Below are positions 54,915-64,000 of a stretch of DNA of 64,000 bases, one piece after another (positions within the stretch are counted from its first letter, which is position 1; every line of letters starts with the position of its first letter). The stretch is taken from the NCBI RefSeq assembly GCF_009914755.1, contig NC_060927.1, one strand, 5' to 3'. Below the pieces are notes generated by a model. It was not told where the DNA came from. It was given only the letters and a program-made list of their open reading frames with translations, and searched no databases. Both the position numbers and the translations under genes were made by a program. Origin of the DNA: the human T2T-CHM13v2.0 reference genome, Homo sapiens.

Positions 54915-55213
54915 ATAGCAGCGTGAGAATGGGCTAATACAGTAAAATGGTACTGCAGAGAGTGGGGCACTGCAGTAAAGATAACCAGAAAGGTGGAAGT
55001 GACTTTGGAACTGTGTAACAGTCAAAGGTTGGAACAGTTTGGAGGCCTCAGAGTGCAGGAAAATGTGGGAAAGTTTGGAACTTCCCAGACACTTGTTGAA
55101 TGGCTTTGACCTTGTTGAATGAGGTCTAAGCTGAGGTAGTCTTAGATGGAGATGAGGAACTAGTTGGGAACTCGAATAAAGTTGACTCTTGCTACGTTTT
55201 AGCAAAGAGACTG

Positions 55214-56350
55214 GTGGCATTTTGCCCCTGTCCTAGAGATATGTGGAACTTTGAACTTGAGGGAGATGAATTAGGGTATCTGGTAGAACAAATTGCCAAG
55301 CAGCAAAGCATTCAAGATGTGATTTGGGTGCTAGTAAAAGCATTCAGTTTTATGTTTTCACAAAGTATGGTATGGAATTGGAACTTATATTTAAAAGGGA
55401 AGCAGAGCATAAAAGTTCAAAAAAATTTGCAGCCTGACCATGCAATAGAAAAAAAAAAAAATTCCAAGGAGAAATTCAAGCCAGCTGTAGAAATTTGCGA
55501 AGTAATGATGAGCCAAATGTTAATGGCCAAGGCAATGGGGAAAATGTCTGCAAGACATTTCAGAGGTCTTTACAGCAGCCCCTCTCATCACAGGCGCAGA
55601 GTCCTAGGAGGAATGAATGACTTCGTGAGCTGGGTTCATGACCTGGGTCCAGAGCCTTGCTGCTTCGTGCAGTCTTGGGACTTGGTGCCCTGCATCCCAA
55701 CCATGCCAAAAAGGGGCCAACATAGAGCTCAGGCCATTGCTTCAGAGGGTGCAAGCCCCAAGCCTTGGCAGCTTTCATATGGTGCTGGGCCTGCAGGTTC
55801 ACAGAAGTCAAGAATTGAGTTTTGGGAACCTCCACCTAGATTTCAGAGCATGTATGGAAACATGTCCAGGCAGAAGTTTTCTGCACAGGTGGAACCTTCA
55901 TGGAGAACCTCTGCTAGGGCAGTCCAGAAGGGATATGTGGGGTCAGGGACCCTACAAAGTCCCGACTGGGGCACTGTCCAGTAGAGCTGTGAGAAGAGGG
56001 TCCTCCAGGCCCCAGAATTCTAGATCCACTGACAGCCTGTGCCGTGCACTTGGAAAAGCCTCAGACACTCAATGCCAGTTCATGAAAACAGCCAGGAGGG
56101 GTGCTGTATCCTGCAAAGCCACAGGGACAAAGTTGCTCAAAGCTGTGGGAGCCGACCTCCTGCATCAGCATAACCTAAATGTAAGACATGGGGTCAAAGG
56201 AGATCAGTTTGGAGCTTTAAGGTTTAACTGCTCCTCTGGATTTTGTACTTCCATGGGACCTGTAGTCCTTTCATTTTGGTCAATTTCTCCCATTTGGAAC
56301 AGATGTATTTACCCAATGCCTCTACTGCCATTGTATCTGGGAAACAATAA
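55214..56350 (+). pseudogene. MaLR (THE1-int) gag-derived ORF, frameshifted
   Basis: AFCPCPRDMWNFELE, SEGASPKPWQL, WEPPPRFQ and FWSISPIWNRCIYPMP are distributed across ORFs 55214-55984 and 55638-56498. Confidence 0.8.
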
Positions 56351-59300
56351 ACTTCTTTTCGATTTGGCAGTCCCTTTCCCTTCACAGATGGAAGGGACTT
56401 GCCTTGTCCAAGGTGAGAGTTCGGACTTGACTTTCAGGTTAATGCTGGAATTAGCTAAGACTTTGGGGGACTGTTGGAAAGATGTGATTGTGTTTTGAAA
56501 TGTGAGGGCATAAGATTTGGGAGGGGCCAGAGGTGGAATGATATGGTTTGGCTGTGTCCCCACCTAAATCTCATCTTGAATTTTAGTTCCCATAATTCCC
56601 ATGTTTGGTGGGAGGGACCCAGTGGGAGGTAATAGAATCACGGGGGTGGGTTCCCCTATGCTATTCTCATTATAATAGGTTTTCATGAGATCCGATGGTT
56701 TTATAGGGGGCATCCCCCTTTGCTTCACTCTCATTCTTCTCCTTCCTGTCACCATGTAAAGAAGGAAGTGTTTGCCTACCTTTCTGCCATGGTTGTAAGT
56801 TTCCTGAGGCCTCCCCAGCCCTACAGAACTGGGAGTCAATTAAAGCTCTTTCCTTTATAATTTACCCAGTCTCAGGCAGTTCTTTATAGTAGTGTGAGAA
56901 CGGACTAATACAATACCTAAGAAGGCAAACAAAGAAACAGCTCAATAAATTTGTACTTCTACCATTAATGATTCCAAAAAAAACAAAAACAAAAACAAAA
57001 AGAATAAGTATTACAGTGTTTCTTTCAGGTCTGAGAAGAACAAAAAAACGAAAGTTAAGAAAACTTTGACATTCTAAAAACTTTAAATAGAAACATTTTA
57101 ATTCTGGAAGGCAGGATGGATAACTAATAGGCTTCAAAATTTCTCCTGCAGATATTTTGCCCATCACTTTTACTAAATTTAATATAATTTATTTTAGTTA
57201 AATAATTAATATGTTATAATAAAAGAGTTCATTTAATAAATATTAATATATAAAGGAGAAAGACCATGATAAATGCAATGGAATGGTATTATGTTTTGGA
57301 CAGATATAAATGGCATTTCAAAGTTACTCCCTGAGAATGAGAAAAAGGGGTCTCAATAAATGAAAAATTAGTTTAGCACCCAAAATGAGAGCAATTCTTA
57401 AGTTGAAACTATAAATTTTTGAATTATTCCATTATAAGAAGAACCCAATATGGGTTTTAAAATATACCTATCTAGTTGAACTGAGATTTTGAAGGAAAAG
57501 AAATGAAAAATATGATACAAACAACTTATTTCCAAAGATAAATATAAAAGCTGAGTAGACATTGAATAACAATGCAAGGATGCCTAAAGCCTAATATAAA
57601 TTGGAAAATGACTCAAATAGTCAAATTACTTACTAAATATAATACAAGAAAAGTATCAAAGAAGGACAGACTGCTCATGACAAGCAGTATCATGTTGACA
57701 GTGGAAAATGGTGGAAGTATGACTCAGTTCCTATTTTGCAATTTTTGGGTTTTTTTCTATTTAAAAATGATGTGCACCCTAAAAACTTTTAGGAATTATT
57801 ATATATAAAACACAGTCTAAGTTAAGTAGATATATTATAAAATAAAACTGAATTAAAATACGTCTATTTGTCTTAACAAATTAGAACTAAATTTACTGAA
57901 TTAGGTATACAGATTTGCCAAATCATCATTGGTACTCTTACAAAAGTTGCCAGATTAAGAAAGGGTGATCACAGAAAATGAAGAGAACAAATGTCCCAAT
58001 TTTATCAGGAGAATAAAGGGAATTTTACAAAGCTTTGAAAAATTTAGTGCCCATGTATGAAAAGACAAGAAAGATATACACAAAGAGGTAATACATCTAT
58101 GAATTTAAATAATAAAATGGTGGCAGTTACTTGGGTAAGAGTTTTGTCATTGAAGGAGAGAGAACAGAAATTAGATTGCAGAAAATTTAAAGAATAAAAA
58201 GGGAGGCAGTAGAAGGAGAAACATAATAGGGTTTTGTTGTTTTGTTTTGTTTTTATTATTCTTGTTAATAACACCACTACCATACTGTTTTGGATACTGC
58301 AGCTTCATAGTATAGTTAAAAGTCAGGTAATGTGATGCCTCCAGCTATGTTGTTTTTGCTAAGGGTTTCTTTGACTTTTCAGGCTCTTTATTCCATATAA
58401 ATTTTAGAATAATTTTCTTATTCAGTGAAAAATGACATTGGTAGTTTGAAAGAAATAGCATTGAATCTGTAGATTGCTTTAGGCAGTATGGCCATTTTAA
58501 TGATATTTAATCTTCCAATCTATGACCATGGAATTTCTTTTTCCATTTGTTTATGTCTCTGATTTATTTTTGCAGTGTTTTGTAATTCTCCTTGTAGAGA
58601 TCATTCACCTCCTTGTTTAGATGTATTCCTAGGTATATTTTATTTGTGTGTGTGTGGCTATTGTAAATGGGATTGTGGTCTTGATTTGGCTCAAAGTTTG
58701 AATATTATTGGTGTATACAAATGCTACTGATTTTTATACATTGATTTTGAAACTTTACCAAAGTCATGTATCAGTTTTAAGAGACTTTGGTAGATTATTT
58801 TCGGTTTTCTAGGCATATAATCATATAGTCAGTGAAGAGAGATAATTTGACTTCCTTTATTCCTAGCTGGATGCCTTTCATTTTTTTCTCTTGCCTGACT
58901 GCTCTGGCTAGGACTTCTAGTACCACATTAAATAGAAGTGGTGAGAGTAGGCCTTCTTGTCTTATTCTAGTTTTTAAGAGGAATGTGTCCAAAATTTGCC
59001 CATTCAGTATAATGTTGGATGTAACTTTGTCATAGATGGCTATCATTATTGTGAAGTATGTTCCTTCAATGCCTAGTCTGTTGAGGGTTTTTACTATCAA
59101 GAGATCTCAGATTTTACCAAAGGCTTTTTCCAAATCTAGTGAGATGATCATATATTTCTTTTTCATTCTGTTTATGTGGTAAATCAAGTTTGTTGATTTG
59201 CATATGTGCAACCAATCTTGTATCCCAAGAATAAAGGCCACTTGATTATAGTGAATTAACTTATTGATTTACTGCTGTATTCAGTTTACTAGCATTTTGT

Positions 59301-61964
59301 TGAAGAGTTCTGCATCTATATTTGTGAGGCATATTGGCCAGTAGTTTTCTTTCTTCCTTCTTTTCTAGATTTTGGGTCAGGATTATACTGTTTTTATAGA
59401 GTAAGTGAAGAAGAAATCTATTTTGCCTAATTCCCTGAGTTTCAGTAGGATTAGTATCAGCTCTTCTTTGTACATGTGGTAGAATTCAGCTGTAAATCCA
59501 TCTCATCCAGGGCTGTTTTTTTTGGTAGTTTTTATTTTTTTATAACTAATTCAATGTCTGAGCTCATTTCTGGTCTGTTCTGGCTTTCAATTTCTTCCTG
59601 GTTCAATCTTTGGAGGCTGTGTGTTTCTAGAATTTTATCCATTTTCTCTAGATTGTCTAGTTTGTGTGCATAGAGACATTCATAGTAGCCTCTGAACATT
59701 TTTTCCTATGGGATCAGTTGTTATATAAGCTTCGACATTTAGGATTGTGCTTATTTGAATTTTCTCTCTTTTTTCTGTTTAATTTAGCTAGTAGTCTATT
59801 AATCTTGTTTAATTTTGAAGTAACTAACTTTTCAGTATTTTTTGGGGGGGGTGTTCAGTTCTGTTACCTCTGCTGTGGTATTAGTTGTTTCTTTTTTTCT
59901 CCTAGATTTGAGATTAGTTTGTTCTTGTTAATTTAATTTCTTAGGTGTGAATGTTAAATTGTCCATTTAAGCTCTAACTTCTTACTCTAGGTGTTTAGCA
60001 CTATAAACTTTCCTCTTAACACTGCTTTTGTCAGATCCCAAAGATTTTAGTGTGTTGGTCTGTTTTGCTTAGTTTCAAAGAATGTTTTGATTCATGTCTT
60101 AATCTTACTGTTTCCCCCAGAGTTATTTAAGAGCAAGTTGTTTAGTTGCCATGTACTTACTTGGCTTTGAGAGTTCCTCTTGGTATTGATTTCTATTTTT
60201 ATTTAACTGTGGTCCTAGCAAATGCTTGATTTGATTACCATTCTTTTGAATTTTTTGAGGCTTTCTTTGTGGCCAAGCATATTCTCAATGTTGGAACATC
60301 TATCATGTGTATGTGAGAAGAATGCATATTCTGTGGTTGTTGGGTGGAGTATTCTGCAGAGATGTATTAGGTACAATTGGTCAAGGGTTGAGTTGAAATC
60401 CAGTATTTCTTTTTTAGTTTTCTCACAAGATGCTATTAGCGGGATATTGAAGTTTCTCACCATTATTATATGGCTAAGTCTTTTTCTAGGTTTATAAGTA
60501 TCATTTTATAGATTTGGGTGCTCCAATATCAGGTACATATAGATGTAGGATAATTAAGTCTTCTTATGGAATCGTATCCTTTATCATTATGTAATGCTGT
60601 TCTTTGTCTTTTTGTATTTTTGTTAGTTTAAAGTCTGTTTTTTTCTCATACAAGAATAGCAACCCTGTTCTTCTCTGTTTTCCATTTCCATGATAGATCT
60701 TTCTCTATCCCTTTACGTTAAGCCTTTAAATTTCATTACATGTGAGATGAGTCTCTTGAAGACAGCAAAAGTTTGAGTATTAATTTTTTTTATCCAACTT
60801 GCCACTTGGTGTCTTTTAAGTGGAATGTTTAGACCATTTATATTCTGGGTTAATACTGATATGTGAGGTTATCTTCCTATCATGGTGGTGTTAGCTGGTT
60901 TGTTTATAGTCTCAATTGGGTAGTTGTTTTGTAGGGCCTACGGGCTATGTACTTACATGTGTTTTTATGGTAGCAAGTATTTAGTTTCGAAATTTAGAGC
61001 TCCCTTCAGCATCTTTGTTAAGTCCAATCTAATATTTAAAAAAAATCCCTTAGAATTTTGCGTGTCTGGGAAAATTTTATTTCTCTTTTGTTTATGAATT
61101 TAGTTTGGAGGGGTATGAAATTCTTTTTTTTTAAAGAATTACAAAATAGACACCCAATCTCTTTTGACTTATAAGGTTTCTGGTAAGAAGTTCCATGTTA
61201 ACCTAATGGGGTTTCCTTTATAGGTGATCTTATCATTTTCTGTAGCCTCTTTTAAGATGTTTCCTTTCACATTGACCTTGGATAGTGTGGTGATTATGTG
61301 CCTTCGGAATGGTATTCTTCTATAGTGTTTTACAGGGGTTTTCTGAATTTCTTATATTTGCATATCAAACTTTCTAGCAAGATCAGAGAAATTTTCATGG
61401 CTAATATCCTCCAATATGCTTCTCGAGTTGCTTACTCTCCCTTTTTTCTCTCATGAATGGCAGTGGGTCATAGGTTTGGTCATTTTACATAATCCCATAT
61501 TTCTCAGATGTTTTTTTCATTTCTTTTAAATTAGTTTTTCTTTATTTTTGTCTGACCATGTTGATTCAATGGACTAGGCTTTGCACTCTGAAATTAACTC
61601 CACTGCTAGGTCTAGTCTGCTAAGGCTTTCAACTGCATTTTAAAATTTCTGTAGTGAATTTTTCAATACCAGAAGTTCAGTTTTGTTCTTTCTTAATATG
61701 GCTATGTCATCTTTCAAGTCTTGGATAATTTTTCTGTCTTCTTTAAATTTGATTTTAACTTTCTCTTAGATCTCATTGAGCTTTTTTGCCATCCAGATTG
61801 TGAATTATGTGTCTGTCACTTCAGAGACTTAAGCCTGGTTAGAATCCACTAGACAGCTAGAGAGCTAGGAAAATACTTTGGAGGTAACAAAACACTTTGA
61901 CTTTTTGAATTACTGGGGTTCTTGCACTAATCTCTTCTCATCTGAGATAACTGATATATATGTA

Positions 61965-63148
61965 TTTTTTAGCTTTTTAATATATATTTATATATTATAT
62001 GTAATATACAAAAATATATTATTTATATAATACATATATATCAAATATGTAAGCTATATATAAATATATTTATATATAATATTCATTTATAATATATTTT
62101 ATTTTTATATATAATATATATTTATAAATATTTTATATATAATATATATACATATAGTATGTATACATATCATATATAATATATACATATATAACATGTA
62201 TACATATATCACATATAATATATACATATATAACATGTATACATATATCATATATAATATATACATATATAACATGTATACATATATCATATATAATATA
62301 TACATATAAAACATGTATACATATATCATATATAATATATACATATGTAACATGTATACATATATCATATATAATATATACATATGTAACATGTATACAT
62401 ATATCATATATAATATATACATATGTAACATGTATACATATATCATATATAATATATACATATGTAACATGTATACATATATAACATATACATGTAATAT
62501 GTATATATATAATATATACATATGTAATATGTATACCTATATAATATATACATATGTAATATGTATACCTATATAATATATGCGTATGTAATATGTATAC
62601 CTATATATAATATATACGTATGTAATATGTATACCTATATATAATATATACGTATGTAATATGTATACATATATAATATACACGTATGTAATATGTATAC
62701 ATATATAATATACACGTATGTAATATGTATACATATATAATATACACGTATGTAATATGTATACATATATAATATACACGTATGTAATATGTATACATAT
62801 ATAATATACACGTATGTAATATGTATACATATATAATATACACGTATGTAATATGTATACATATATAATATACACGTATGTAATATGTATACATATATAA
62901 TATACACGTATGTAATATGTATACATATATAATATACACGTATGTAATATGTATACATATATAATATATACAATGTAATATGTATACATATATAATATAT
63001 ACAATGTAATATGTATACATATATATAAAATATACATATGTAATATGTATACATATATATAAAATATACATATGTAATATGTATACTATATACAAAATAT
63101 ACATATGTAATATGTATACTATATATAAAATATATACACATATATATA
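61965..63148. repeat. AT-rich compound minisatellite with 39-bp then 32-bp units
   Basis: About 8 copies of CATGTATACATATATCATATATAATATATACATATGTAA-like units, then 9 CACG landmarks at exact 32-bp spacing (62681-62937). Confidence 0.95.
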
Positions 63149-63437
63149 TTTTTTTGAGACGGAGTCTCGCTCTGTTGCCCAGACTGGAGTGCAGTGGTGC
63201 GATCTCGGCTCACTGCAAGCTCTGCCTCCCGGATTCACGCCATTCTCCTGCTTCAGCCTCCTGAGTAGCTGGGACTACAGGCGCCCATCACCACACCCGG
63301 CTAATTTGTTGCATTTTTTAGTAGACACGGGGTTTCACCGTGTTAGCCAGGATGGTCTGGATCTCCTGATCTCATGATCTGCTGGCCTCGGCCTCCCAGA
63401 GTGATGGAATTACAGGCGTGAGTCACTGCACCCGGCC
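63149..63437 (-). mobile_element. AluY
   Basis: GCAAGCTC...TTCACGCCATTCTCC and CGTGTTAGCCAGGATGG diagnostics; several CpGs retained. Confidence 0.95.
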
Positions 63438-64000
63438 ACATTTTATATATATATATATATAATGTTTTATATATATATGAGAACTGATATATATATTTTG
63501 TATATATATGAGAACTGATATATATATTATAGATGTATATATATAAAATTATATATAGAAATTGCTGTAGTTCGAATGGGGCTTTTTGTTTTATATTCTT
63601 TTTTTCCTTGAGGATTTGACTGCAGTGAATGTTGTGAATCGTCGGTTGACTTTTTTTCTGAGTGCTTTCGAGGGCCACGGCTCTGTACAGGTTTTAGGTT
63701 GTATATAGATTCCTGTGGTGGGTTTCAGAGGCGTTGCTCATTGGAGGAATATATTTTCCTTTGGTGGTATAATTCAGGCTGCAGCCTAGCAGATACTGCT
63801 TAGGAGTACGGGCCAGCAGATAGGCTCTTTCTTAGCTACACACCCCTTTTGTATTTCAGTATGCATGTAACAGGGCTCCCTTCTTTTAAATCTGGATTGT
63901 GGCTGAGGACACATCCTGGTACCTGATGTCTCTAAGCAAGTTTCCCAGCTTCTTCCTTCCTCAACTATGGTGTTTGGCTTCCCTCTCTATAGAATTTCGT

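Larger units (their letters stand above)
54025..56912 (+). mobile_element. Full-length THE1 (THE1C/THE1D-like) MaLR provirus: LTR 54025-54941, internal 54942-56538, LTR 56539-56912
   Basis: Paired TGAT...TAATACA LTRs; perfect 5-bp TSD ATACC (54020-54024 and 56913-56917); polypurine tract GGGAGGGGCCAGAGGTGGAA before the 3' LTR. Confidence 0.95.
58272..63870 (-). mobile_element. Antisense L1 (L1PA15/16 to L1PB-like): ORF2, ORF1 and 5' region, 3' end absent; split by a minisatellite and AluY
   Basis: Minus-strand ORF2p RT peptide [21 protein letters not shown]...LSLFTDYMI and endonuclease-region peptide; L1 sequence resumes near 63555. Confidence 0.85.

Noticed and set aside
62681-62970. Regularly spaced 32-bp repeats resembling a CRISPR array
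   Set aside because: The units are contiguous, with no unique spacers or cas genes, in primate DNA.
62105-63213. Y/I/M-rich ORFs of 87-192 aa
   Set aside because: They are translations of the 39-bp and 32-bp minisatellite units.

Overview
AT-rich primate (human-like) non-coding DNA, mostly transposable-element relics. I find no host protein-coding exon, tRNA, rRNA or CRISPR array, and the ORF track is explained by L1/Alu/ERV debris and AT-rich repeats. The main elements are: a complete env-less HERV-L provirus (MLT2A2-like LTRs, GTCAA TSD, 11172-18173) nested in an L1MA; a complete THE1 MaLR provirus (ATACC TSD, 54025-56912) with a young L1PA2-like insert in its 5' LTR; solo LTRs of LTR22, MER11 and MSTB type; about ten L1s of different ages; nine Alus plus an Alu monomer; DNA-transposon relics (MER2, MER1B, Tigger2a/Tigger3, MADE1); and a compound AT-rich minisatellite. 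I see no convincing new biological system. The best leads are DUX4-type motifs kept only in the 5' LTRs of both ERVL-class proviruses, a perfect 20-bp inverted repeat at 37136-37197, templated-repair scars, and a TSD-less L1 insertion. Subfamily names come from remembered consensus sequences and need RepeatMasker/Dfam confirmation.
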